Of a stretch of DNA of 64,000 nucleotides, positions 27,108-42,074 are shown piece by piece (positions within the stretch are counted from its first letter, which is position 1; the number at the start of each line of letters is the position of its first letter). The notes under the pieces are model-generated. The model was not told the DNA's origin. It ran no database searches and worked only from the letters and a program-made list of their open reading frames with translations. Source of the stretch: the human T2T-CHM13v2.0 reference genome, Homo sapiens; assembly GCF_009914755.1 (NCBI RefSeq), contig NC_060947.1; one strand, given 5' to 3'. Position numbers and translations under genes: made by a program.

Positions 27108-30100
27108 TTGAGTGATCTTCTTAATCCTGAGTTCTAATTTGATTGCATTGTGGTCTGGAGAGTCTGGTTTTTATGATTTCTATTGTTTTGCATTTGCTGA
27201 GGAGTGTTTTACTTCCAATTATGTGGTCAATTTTAGAATAAGTGCGATGTGGTGCTGAGAAGAATGTATATTGTTGATTTGGGGTGGAGAGTTCTGTACA
27301 TGTCTATTAGTTCTGCTTGGTGCAGAGCTGAGTTCAAGTCCTGAATATCCTTGTTAATTTTCTGTCTCATGATCTGTCTAATACTGACAGTGGTGTGTTA
27401 AAGTCTCCCACTATTATTGTGTGGGAGTCTAGGTCTCTTTGTAGGTCTCTAAGAACTTGCTTTATGAATCTGGGTGCTTCTGTATTGGGAGCATATACAT
27501 TTAGGATAGTTAACTCTTCTTGTTGCATTGATCCCTTTACCATTATGTAATGTCCCTCTTTGTCTATTTTGATCTTTGTTGGATTAAAGTCTGTTTTATC
27601 AGAGACTAGGATTGCAACCCCTGCTTTTTTTTTGCTTTCCATTTGCTTCATAAGTACCCCTCCATCCCTTTATTTTGAACCTATGTGTGTCTCTGCATGT
27701 GAGATGGGTCTCCTGAATACAGCACACCAATGGGTATTGACTCTTTATCCAATTTGCCCATCTGTGTCTTTCATTTGGGGCTTTTAGCACATTTACATTT
27801 AAGGTCAATATTGTTATGTGTGAATTTGATCCTGTCATCATGATGCTAGCTAGTTACTTTGCACATTACTTGATGCAGTTTCTTCATAGTGTCATTTGTC
27901 TTTATATTTTGGTATGTTTTTGCAGTGGCTGGTACCAGTTTTTCCTTTCTATATTTAGTGCTTCCTTTGGTATCTCTTGTCAGGCAGGCCTGGTGGTGAC
28001 AAAATCCCTCAGCATTTGCTTGTCTGGAAAGGATATTATTTCTCTTTTGCTTGTGAAGCTTAGTTTGGCTGTATATGAAATTCTGGGTTGAAATTCTTTT
28101 CTTTAAGAATGTTGAATATTGGCCCCTACCCTCTTCTGCCTTGTAGGGTTTCTGCAGAGGCATCCATTGTAAGACTGATGGGCTTCCCTTTGTAGGTAAC
28201 CTGACCTTTCTAACTGGCTGCCCTTAACATTTTTTCCTTCATTTCAACCTTGGTGAATCTGACGATTATATTTTGGGGTTGCACTTCTCAAGGAGTATCT
28301 TAGTGGTGTTCTCTGTATTTCCTGAATTTGAATGTTGACCTGTGATGTTCTCTGTATTTCCTGAATTTGAATATTGGCCTGTCTTTCTAGGTTTGGAACG
28401 TTCTCCTGGATGTCATCATGAAGTGTGTTTTCCAACTTGTTTCCATTCTCCCCCTCACTTTCAGGTACACCAATCAATCATAGGTTTGGTCTTTTCACAT
28501 AGTCACATATTTCTTTGAGGCTTTGTTTGTTCCTTTTCATTACTTTTTTCTCTAATCTTGTCTTCACGCTTTATCTCATTAAGTTGATCTTCAATCTTTG
28601 ATATCCTTTCTTTCGCTTGATCGATTCGGCTATTGATACTTGTGTATGCTTCACGAAGTTCTCGTACTGTATTTTTCAGCTACATCAGATCATTTATGTT
28701 CTTCTCTAAACTGGTTATTCTAGTTAGCAGTTCCTATAACTTTTTATCAAGGTTCCTAGCTTCCTTGCATTGGGTTAGAATATCCTACTTTAGCTGGAAT
28801 CGTTTGTTATTACCAACCTTCTCAAGCCTACTTCTGTCAATTCATCAAACTCATTCTCCATCCAGTTTTGTGCCCTTGCTGGCATGAGGTTGTGATACTT
28901 TGGAGGAGAAGAGGCATTCTGGCTTTTGGAATTTTCAGCATTTTTGCACTTTTTTAAAAAATTTTTTTATTTTATCAAAATGTAATTTAATCCAGGATTT
29001 TAAAAAACAATCTTCCTTATTTCACAGTTTATATTAGAGAATTTCTCTAACATGTGGTTCTGTTTTTCTTTTATTTTACATATACCATGTTTCTGAATTC
29101 CACGACCACTTATAAAATATAATGATAATTTTTTACTTTACTTAATTCTGTCTTTTTATGAGAAATAGTGTTTTATCTTTTTTTATTCTTTTTCTTTTTT
29201 TTTATATACTTAAAGTTTTAGGGTACATGTGCAGAACGTGCAGGTTAGATACATATGAATACATGTGCCATGTTGGTGTGCTGCACCCATTAACTCATCA
29301 TTTAACATTAGGTATATCTCCTAATGCTTTCTCTCCCCCCTCCCCCTACCCCACAACAGGCCCCGGTGTGTGATGTTCCCCTTCCTGTGTCCATGTGTTC
29401 TCATTGTTCAATTCCCACCTATGAGTGAGAATATGCGGTGTTTGATTTTTAGTCCTTGCGATAGTTTGCTGAGAATGATGGTTTCCAGCTTCATTCATGT
29501 CCCTACAAAGGACATGAACTCATCCTTTTTTATGGCTGCATAGTATTCCATGGTGTATATATACCACATTTTCTTAATCCAGTCTATCATTGTTGGACAT
29601 TTGGGTTGGTTCCAAGTCTTTGCTATTGTGAATAGTGCCGCAATAAACATACGTGTGCATGTGTCTTTATAGCAACATGATTTATAATCCTTTGGGTATA
29701 TACCCAGTAATGAGATGGCTGGGTCAAATGGTATTTCTAGTTCTAGATCCCTGAGGAATCGCCACACTGACTTCCACAATGGTTGAACTAGTTTACAGTC
29801 CCACCAACAGTGTAAAAGTGTTCCTGTTTCTCCACATCCTCTCTAGCACCTGTTGCTTCCGAACTTTTTAATGATCGCCATTCTAATTGGTGTGAGATGG
29901 TATCTCATTGTGGTTTTGATTTGCATTTCTCTGATGGCCAGTGACGATGAGCATTTTTTCATGTGTCTTTTGGCTGCATAAATGTCTTCTTTTGAGAAGT
30001 GTCTGTTCATATCCTTTGCCTACTTTTTGATGGGATTGTTTTTTCTTGTAAATTTGTTTGAGTTCATTGTAGATTCAGGATATTAGCCCTTCGTCAGATA

Positions 30101-30965
30101 AGTAGATTGGAAAAATTTTCTCCCATTCTGTAGGTTGCCTGTTCACTCTGATGGTAGTTTCTTTTGCTGTGAAGAAGCTCTTTGGTTTAATTAGATCCCA
30201 ATGGTCAACTTTAGCTTCATTGCCATTGCTTTTGGTGTTTTAGACATGAAGTCTGTGCCCATGCCTATGTCCTGAATGGTATTGCCTAGGTTTTCTTCTA
30301 GGGTTTTTATGGTTTCAGGTCTACCATGTAAGTCTTTAATCCATATTGAATTAATTTTTGTATAAGGTGTAAGGAAGGGATCCAGTTTCAGCTTTCTACA
30401 TATGGCTAGCCAGTTTTCCCAGCACCATTTATTAAATAGGGAATCCTTTCCCCATTGCTTGTTTTTCTCAGGTTTGTCAAAGATCAGATGGTTGTAGATA
30501 TGCAGCATTATTTCTGAGGGTTCTGTTCTGTTCCATTGGTCTATATCTCTGTTTTGGTACCAGTACCATGCTGTTTTACTTGCGGTAGCCTTGTAGTATA
30601 GTTTGAAGTCAGGTAGCATGATGCCTCCAGCTTTGTTCTTTTGGCTTAGGACTGACTTGGCACTGCGGGCTCTTTTTTGGTTCCATATGAACTTTAAAGT
30701 AGTTTTCTCCAATTCTGTGAAGAAAGTCATTGGTAGCTTGATGGGGATGGCATTGAATCTATAAATTACCTTGGACAGTATGGCCATTTTCATGATATTG
30801 ATTCTTCCTACCCATGAGCATGGAATGTTCTTCCATTTGTTTGTATCCTCTTTTATTTCATCGAGCAGTGGTTTGTAGTTCTCATTGAAGAGGTCCTTCA
30901 CATCCCTTGTAAGTTGGATTCCTAGGTATTTTATTCTCTTTGAAGCAATTATGAATGGGAGTTCA

Positions 30966-33242
<2,277 letters not shown>

Positions 33243-34880
33243 TTATTTTGCTCGTTAGTTGATGCAGTTTCTTCCTAGCTTTGATGGTCTTTACAATTTG
33301 GCATGTTTTTTCAGTTGCTGATACCGGTCGTTCCTTTCCATGTTTAGTGCTTCCATCAGGAGCTCTTTTAGGGCAGGCCTGGTGGTGATAAAATCTCTCA
33401 GCATTTGCTTGTCTGTAAAGTATTTTATTTCTCCTTCACTTATGAGGCTTAGTTTGGCTGATATGAAATTCTGGGTTGAAAATTCTTTTCTTTAAGAATG
33501 TTGAATATTGGCCCCCACTCTCTTCTGGCTTGTAGATTTTCTGCCTAGAGATCAGCTGGCAGGCTGATGGGCTTCCCTTTGAGGGTAACCCGACCTTTCT
33601 CTCTGGCTGCCCTTAACATTTTTTCCTTCATTTCAACTTTGGTGAATGTGACAATTATGTGTCTTGGAGTTGCTCTTCTCGAGGAGTATCTTTTTGGCGT
33701 TCTCTTTATTTCGTGAATTTGAATGTTGGCCTGCCTTGCTAGATTGGGGAAGTTCTCCCGGAGAATATCCTGCAGTGTTTTCCAACTGGGTTGTATTCTC
33801 CCTGTCACTTTCAGGTGCACCAATGAGACATAGATTTGGTCTTTTCACATAGTCCTATATTTCTTGGAGGCTTTGTTCGTTTCTTTTTATTCTTTTTTCT
33901 GTAAACTTCTCTTCTCACTTCATTTCATTAATTTGATCTTCCATCACTGATACCCTTTCTTCCAGTTGATCGAGTCGGCTCTTGCGGCTTGTGCATTCTT
34001 CACGTAGTTCTCTTGCCTTGGTTTTCATCTCCATCTGGTTCTTTAAGGACTTCTCTGCATTGGTTATTCTAGTTAGCCATTCGTCTAATTTTTTTTCAAT
34101 TTTTTTTAACTTCTTTGCCATGGGTTCAAACTTCCTCCTTTAGCTCAGAGTAGTTTGATCGTGTGAAGCCTTCGTCTCTCAACTCGTCAAAGTCATTCTC
34201 CATCCAGCTTTGTTCCGTTGCTGGTGAGGAGCTGTGTTGCTTTGGAGGAGGAGAAGCACTCTGATTTTTAGAGTTTCCAGTTTTTGTGCTCTGTTTTTCC
34301 CCCATATTTGTGGTTTTATCTACCTTTGGTCTTTGATGATGGTGATGTACAGATGGGGTTTTGGTGTGGATGTCCTCTCTGTTTGTTAGTTTTCCTTCTA
34401 ACAGTCAGGACCCTCAGCTGCAGGTCTGTTGGAGTTTGCTGGAGGTCCCCTCCAGACCCTGTTTGCCTGGGTATCAGGAGTGGAGGCTGCAGAACAGCAG
34501 ATACTGGTGGGCAGGAAATGTTGCTGCCTGATCGTTCCTCTGGAAGTTTTGTCTCAGAGGAATACCCGGCCCTGTGAGATGTCAGTCTGCCCCTACTGGA
34601 GGGTGCCTCCTAGTTAGGCTACTTGGGGGTCAGGGACCCTCTTGAGGAGGCAGTCTGTCCGTTCTCAGATCTCCAGCTGCATGCTGGGAGAACCACTACT
34701 CTCTTCAAAGCTGTCAGACAGGGACATTTAAGTCTGCAGAGGATTCTGCTGCCTTTTGTTTCGCTATTCCCTTCTCCTAGAGGTGGAGTCTACAGAGGCA
34801 GGCAGGCCTCCTTGAGCTGTGGTGGGCTCCACCCAGTTCGAGCTTCCCAGCTGCTTTGTTTACCCACTGAAGCCTCCGCA

Positions 34881-35051
34881 ATGGCGCGCACCCCTCCCTC
34901 GCTGCCACCTTGCAGTTTGATCTCAGACTGCTGTGCTAGCAGTGAGCAAGGCTTTGTGCGCATAAGACCGTCTGAGCCATGCGAGGGATATAATCTCCTG
35001 GTGTGCTGTTTGCTAAGACCATTGGAAAAGTGCAGTATTGGGTGGGAGTGA
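34881..35051 (+). pseudogene. L1 antisense ORF0 homolog, frameshifted near its C-terminus
   Basis: MARTPPSLPPCSLISDCCASSEQG...SEP..GY resembles primate ORF0 (MAGAPPPASLPPCSLISDCCAS...). Confidence 0.7.
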
Positions 35052-37889
35052 CCCGATTTTCCAGGTGCCATCTGTCACCCCTTTCTTTGACTAGGAAAGG
35101 GAATTCCCTGACCCTTTGCGTTTCCCGGTTGAAGCGATGCCTCGCCCTGCTTCGGCTCACACACGGTGCGCTGCACCCACTGTCCTGCACCCACTTTCCA
35201 ACACTCCCCTGTGAGATGAGCCCAGTACCTCAGTTGGAAATGCAGAAATCACCCATCTTCTATGTCGCTCACTCTGGGAGCTCTAGACTGGAGCTGTTCC
35301 TATTTTGCCATCTTGGCTCCACCCCCCATGCTGTTTTTTTCTCATCTTGTTCCATTTATTTACCTTTGATCTTTGATACTGATGACCTTCGGATGAGGTT
35401 TTTGCATGGTTGTCCTTTTTGTTTATGTTGATGCTATCCCTTTCTGTTTGTTAGTTTTCCTTCTAACAGTCAGGTCCCTCTTCTGTAGGTCTGCTGCAGT
35501 TTGCTGGACATCCACTCCAGACCCTGTTTTCCTGTGTGTCACCAGCAGAGCCTGCAGAACAGCAAAGATTGTTGCCTCCTTTTTTTTTCTGGAAGCTTTG
35601 TCCCACTGGGGCATCTGCCAGATGCCAGTCAGAGTGCTCCTGTGTGAGGTGTCTGTAGACCCCTTTTGGGAGTTATCTCCCAGTCAGGAGGCATGGGGGT
35701 CAGGGGCCCACTTGAGGGGCAGTCTATCCCTTAGCAGAGCTCAAGCACTGTGCTGGGAGATCTGCTGTTCTCTTCAGAGCTGGCAAGCAGGAACATTTTG
35801 TCTGCCGAAGGTGTGCCAACAGCTGCTCCTTCCCTCAGGTGTTCTGTCCCAGGGAGATGGGAATTTTATCTATAAGCCCCTGACTGGGGCTGCTGCCTTT
35901 CTTTTAGGCATGCTCTGCCCAGTTAGGAGGAATCTAGAGAGGCAGTCTGGCCGCAGTGGTTTTGCCGTGCTGTGGTGGCTTCCACCAATTCCGAACTTCC
36001 TGGCAGCTTCGTTTACACTGTGAGGGAAAACAGCCTATTCAAGCCTCAGTAATGATAAACGCCCCTCCCCTCACCAAGCTCAAGCGTTCCAGGTTGAGTT
36101 CAGATTGCTGTGCTGGCAGTGACAATTTCAAGTCTGTGGGTTTTAGCTTGCTGGGCTCCATGGGGGTGGGACCCACTAAGCAAGACCACTTGCCTCCCTG
36201 GCTTCAGCCCCCTTTCCAGGGGAGTGAATGGTTCTGTCTCGCTGGGGTTCCAGGTGCCACTGGGGTATACAAGAAAACTCCTGCAGCTAGCTCGGTGTCT
36301 GCCCAAACAGCTCTCCAGCTTTGTGCTTGAAACCCAGGGCCCTGGTGGTGTGGGCACACGAGGGAATCTCCTTGTTTGTGGGTTGCAGAAACCGTGGGAA
36401 AAGTGTAGTATTTGGGCCAGATAGCACAATACCTCACAGCTTCCCTTGAGGGAAGGTTCCTGACCCCTTGCACTTCATGGGTGAGGCAACACTCCACACT
36501 GTTTCTGCTTGCCCCCCATGGGCTGCACCCACTGTCTGAACAGTCCCAATGAGATGAAGTGGATACCTCAGTTGGAAATGCAGAAATCACCCACCTGTGT
36601 TGGACTGGCTGGGAGCTGCAGACCAGAGCTGTTCCTATTCAGCCATCTTGCTAGATCTCAAAATGTCTTTCTTATTTACCTACATATTTACCACTTTTGG
36701 TGTTTTCTGTTTGTGTAGATTTAGATTTCCATTAGGTATTTTTTTTCTTATACCTGAAGGACTTCCTATTTCTTGTAGTGCACATCTCCCAGTAATGAAT
36801 TATTTCAGCTTTTGTGTGTCTGAAAAGTTGCAAAAGTTCACCTATACTTTTGAAAGACATTTCACTGTTATAGAATCCTAGGTTGGCAGCATTTTTCTTT
36901 TAGTACTTTAAAAATGTTTCTTCACTGTCTTTGTTGGATTTCTTTGATGATAAATCTGCTGTTATTCTTCCATTTATATTTAATATAATTACTGCCTAGG
37001 TAGGATTTACATCTGCCATTTTGCTGTTTTCTATATATCTTGTATTTCTATTACTGCCTTCTTTTATGTTACTTAGATTATTTTCTGTTGTACCTGTTTT
37101 GGTGATCCCCAAGACCAACTCTAGGACTCATAGTACCCAGAAGTCATTATATTCATGGTTATAGCTTATTACAGCAAAAAGATGCAAGGCAGTATCAGCA
37201 CAGGGAATAGGCACATGTGGCACAGTCTGGAGGAAACCAGGCAGGTGCAAGCTTCCAAGAGTCCTTTTCCAGTGGAATTGTACAGGATTCACTTAATTCC
37301 TCTATCTACAATTTATAGGAACACATGTGAAGTGTGGTCTACCTGAGAGCTCATTTGAGCCTAAGATTCAAGTTTTTTTAGTGGGGTTTGGTCACATAGG
37401 CACACAGTGCCTGCATGGTTGATTGCAGTTACCAAAACAGACCACTAGAAAGAAAGCAGGTGTTCCCCATAAGTCACATTATTTCACAGACTATGTTTTT
37501 TTTTTAAATTTTTTTATTTAAATATATTTTGGTGTACAAGTCATTGTTGATTACATAGATAAATTGTATAGTGTTGAAGTCTGAGATTTTAGTAAACCCA
37601 TCATTCGAGTAGTGTACATTGTACTGAATACGTAGTTTTTTTAATCCCTTACTCCCCTTCCACCCTACCCCTTCTCAGTCTCCAAAGTCCATTATTCCAG
37701 TGTGTATGCCTTTGCATACCCATAGCTTAGCTCCCACTTATAACTGAGAAGATACAGTTTTGGTTTTCTATTCCTGAGTTATTTCACTTAGAATAATGGC
37801 CTCTGGCTCCATTCAAGTTGCTGCAACAGACATTATTTCATTCTTTTTTATGGCTGAGTAGTATTCCATGGTGTTGTATATGTACCACA

Positions 37890-38172
37890 TTTTTTTTTGA
37901 GACAGGGTCTCACTCTGTTGTGCAGGCTGGAATGCAGTGGCATGATCAGGCCTCACTGCAGCCGCTATCCCCCATAAAGTGATCATCTCAGCCCCTGGAG
38001 TAGCATGCACCTCACACCTGGCTAATTTTTTTTTTTTTTTTTTTGGAATTTTAGTAGAGATGAGGTCTTGCTATGTTGCCTAGGCTAGTCTTGAACTCCT
38101 GGACTCAAGTGATCCTCCCACCTTGGCCTTCAAAAGTGCTGGGATTACAGACATGAGCCACTGCACCTAGCC
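37890..38172 (-). mobile_element. AluJ-like element in the L1PB 3' region
   Basis: Reverse Alu; TSD taccacatttt/tactacatttt. Confidence 0.85.
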
Positions 38173-38861
38173 TACTACATTTTCTTGATCTACTCATTAG
38201 TGGATGGACATTTAGGTTGGTTCCATAGTTTTGCAATTGTGAATTTTGCTACAATAAACATATACATACAAGTGTATTTTTGATATAATTACTTCTTTTT
38301 CTTTGGGTAGATATGCAGTAGTGGGATCACTTCATTGAATGGTAGATCTACTACTTTTAGTTCTTTAAGAATTATCCATACTATTTTCCATACAGGTTGT
38401 ACTAATTTACATTGTCACCAACAGTGTTTAAGCATTCCCTCTTCACCACATCCACATCAACATCTCTTATTTTTTGACTTTTTAATAATGGCCTTTCTTG
38501 TAGGGGTAAGGTGGTATCAGATTGTGGTTTTAATTTGCATTTTCCTGATGATTAGTGATGTTGAGTATTTTTTCATGTTTTTTGGCCATTTGTATTTTGT
38601 ATATCTTCTTTTGAGAAATGTCTGTTCATGTCATTTGCCCACTTATTGATGGGACTTTTTTTTTTTGCTGATTTGTTTGAGTTCCTTGTATATTCTAGAT
38701 ATTGGACCTTTGTTGGATGCATAGTTTGCAAATATTTTCTTTCATTTTATTCATTATCTGTTTACTGTGATTATTACTTTTGCTGTGCAGAAACTTTTTA
38801 GTTTAATTAGGTCCCATTTATTTATTTTTGTTTTTGTTGCATTTGCTTTTGAGGTCATATT

Positions 38862-39371
38862 TGTTGGGAACAGGCCCCAAAATCTGGCTATGAACTGGCG
38901 CCAAAACTGGCCATAAACAAAATCTCTGTAGCACTGTGACATGCTCATGGTGACCTTGACACCCACGCTAGAAGGTTGTTGGTTTACTGGAATGAGGGCA
39001 AGGAACACCTGGCCCACCCAGGGCAGAAAACCACTTAAGGCATTCTTAAACCACAAACAATAGCATGAGCTATCTGTGCCTTAAGGACATGTTCATGCTG
39101 CAGATAACTAGCCAGAGCCCATCCCTTTACCTCGGCCCATCCCTTTATTTCCCATAAGGAATACTTTTAGTTAACTTATAATCTATAGAAACAATGCTTA
39201 TCACTGGCTTGCTGTCAATAAATATGTGGGTAAATCTCTGTTCAAGGCTCTGAGCTCTGAAGGCTGTGAGACCCCTGATTTCCCACTCCACAATCTATAT
39301 TTCTGTATGTGTGTCTTTAATTCCTTTAGTGCCGCTGGGTTAGGGTCTCCCTGACCGAGCTGGTCTTGGCA
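38862..39371 (+). mobile_element. 5' LTR (MER9-like)
   Basis: tgttgggaacaggcccc...ctggtcttggca; AATAAA at ~39217; direct repeat of 45025-45526. Confidence 0.92.
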
Positions 39372-39373
39372 AG

Positions 39374-39392
39374 TGGTGCCCATACATGGGGC
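39374..39392 (+). promoter_or_regulatory. Primer binding site, tRNA-Lys type (degenerate)
   Basis: tggtgcccatacatggggc 2 nt after the LTR, resembling TGGCGCCCAACGTGGGGC. Confidence 0.75.
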
Positions 39393-39943
39393 TTGAACCC
39401 AGGTCGAAGGGTTGCCAGAGCGACAGTTGGAGAATGTGGAACTAAGCTGGAGGACACATGAGTACTCTTAAAGCAATCCCCGCGGTGAGTAAGAAAGGGA
39501 GCTTGGAAGCATCAAGGTAACAATGGGACAAGTGTGAGCTCTGGTTCTTTCCACCTTGGAACCTTTTCACACTAATGATGAGGAAGAAGGAAAGTGTAAT
39601 GAGTAACAGAAGAGGTGACAGAGCAGGTTTGTTTGCCAGCTAAAGCTATAGTGGCAAAGGAGGGAGAGGTTCATCCCTACCCTTCTGTACCCCCTCCTTA
39701 TTTTGAAGAAAAAGAGTGGCCTGGCCCTCCAGATCTTTCTTTTCCAGAGGATACTGGGTGAAAAGTAGTTGCCCCAGTGACTGTTCGAGCAGAGCCTCAA
39801 GCGACCGCTCTCAGTTCTATTCAGGCAGGAATTCAGCGAGCTAGATGAGAGGGTTATTTAGAGGCTTGGCAGTTCCCTGTTAGAATACACCCCCCAGATC
39901 AACAGAGAAATATTATAGCTACATTTGAGCCTCTTCCTTTTAA

Positions 39944-40678
39944 ATTTGGGAAACCCATGAGGGGCCCGTCCCTGGCCCCGTTCCAAACCGAGGCATTTCT
40001 GGCTCAGGCCATTCCCTCACGTCTGTACAATGTCTGTCCCCCACCACAGCCAGTAGTGCTACAGTAGATTTTTGCTGCACAAAAACTGTGAGCCTTCTGC
40101 CTGGGGAACTCCCACAAAAAGTTCCAACAGGGGTCTGTGGACCCTTGCTAGCGGGGACGATAAGATTACTTTTAGGAAGGTCTAGTTTAAATTTAAAAGG
40201 GGTACAAATACAAACAGGAGTCATTGATTCAGATTACAATGGGGAAATTCAAATTGTTATATCTACTTCTGTTCCCTGTAAAGCAGAGCCAGGAGAGCGT
40301 ATAGCACAGCTCCTGATTGTGCCGTATATGGAAACGGGGAAAAGTGAAATTAAACTAACAGGAGGATTTGGAAGCACAACTAAACAAGGCAAAGCAGCTT
40401 ACTGGGTGAATCAAATTACTGATAAACATCCTACCTGTGAAATAACTATTCAGGGAAAGAAATTTAAAGGTTTTGTAGATACAGGAGCAGACATTTCAAT
40501 TATTTCTCTACAGCACTGGCCATCCACTTGGCCAGTTCAACCCACTCAATTTAACATAGTTGGAGTTGGTAAAGCCCCTGAAGTATATCCAAGTAGTTAT
40601 ATTTTGCCTTGTGAAGGGCCTGATGAACAACCTGGGACTATTCAACCAATTATAACTTCTATACCTATAAATTTATAG
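39944..40678 (+). pseudogene. Retroviral pro frame: dUTPase plus aspartic protease
   Basis: Open from the GGGAAAC slippery site (39948-39954); dUTPase motifs GRSS, GVIDSDYNGEI, IAQL, GGFGST; protease VDTGAD; TAG replaces the W before the GRDLL-like motif. Confidence 0.88.
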
Positions 40679-41369
40679 GGAAGTGATTTATTGCAATGCT
40701 CAGTTATGATTTCATACAGTTGAACAACTGATGACAAAAACAAAAAAGAGGGAGAAACAGGGATTACAGGACAGCCCATATGTAATTGAATCTAACATTA
40801 TTATCTTTAAACTTTTTTTTTTTTTTTTTTTTTTTTACTCATCCATGTTTCTGTTTATATACAGGATAACAAATTCAGGAACAATGGGAAAGTAATATAT
40901 GAAACCTTAATAGGAAATACAATAGAGATTACAAAACACTACCATTTGATTTTTTATGCAAATACTTCAATCTTCCAATATTTTTACTCACTTGCTAAAT
41001 AAAGCACATGACTCGAAATCCTAAATAATTCTGTTAGTCTAAATCTTTTAAAGAATAAAATGTTGGTGAAAAACCAAAATTGTTTAGTAAGGTATGTATG
41101 ACCTTGTTTATTATCTATCATAGACATGAAGATGATCATAGTTAATACCAATTTAAGCTTTACAGAATACTGTTTTAGGCCCAATATTGATATGTTAAAT
41201 GAAGGTATCAGAGAATCTTGTATTTATGGCATCAGGTTATAAAGATCTATTCAAAACCATTTTTGTCAAAGTTTAAACACTGGAGCAAAAGTCAAATTGT
41301 TTCTAAATGAGACACAAAATGATTCTTGCTAATAATACAAATTTTGTCCCATGGGTAATACTATTGTCT

Positions 41370-41580
41370 TTTTCTTTTTTAAAAAAATTTTTGATTTTTA
41401 TTTTAGATTCAGGGAACACATGGGCAGGTCTGTTAGCTGGGTATACTGTGTGATGTTGAGGTTTGGGGTATGGATGATCCTGTCACCCAGGTAGTGAGCA
41501 GAGTCCCCAGTAGGTAGTTTTTCAGCTCTTGCTCCCGCTCCCCAACCTACCTCCCCAGTGTCTATTATTCCCATGGGTCC
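41370..41580 (-). mobile_element. Short L1PA15/16-like 3' fragment within the TERF1 3' UTR copy
   Basis: Reverse complement resembles the L1 3' end at 6500-6630; imperfect TSD ggtaatactattgtc/ggtattactattttc. Confidence 0.7.
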
Positions 41581-41783
41581 TCAGGTATTACTATTTTCAA
41601 ATTTTTTTCTTTACATGAAACTACTGAAAGCAAAAGTATGTCATGCTTATAGGTCACTCTGTACATTTATCATTCTATTAATAAACATCTTAAATAATTA
41701 TGTAGTATATTAAGGCCATAAACCAAATCATTATCTCCTATCAAAGGACTACTGTTATTCAATCATCTAGAAAATTCATTTTA

Positions 41784-42074
<291 letters not shown>

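Noticed and set aside
39944-40678. Viral dUTPase near UPRT as a possible uracil-metabolism module
   Set aside because: dUTPase is a standard part of betaretroviral pro, key residues are degenerate here, and nothing links it to UPRT; proximity is most likely chance.
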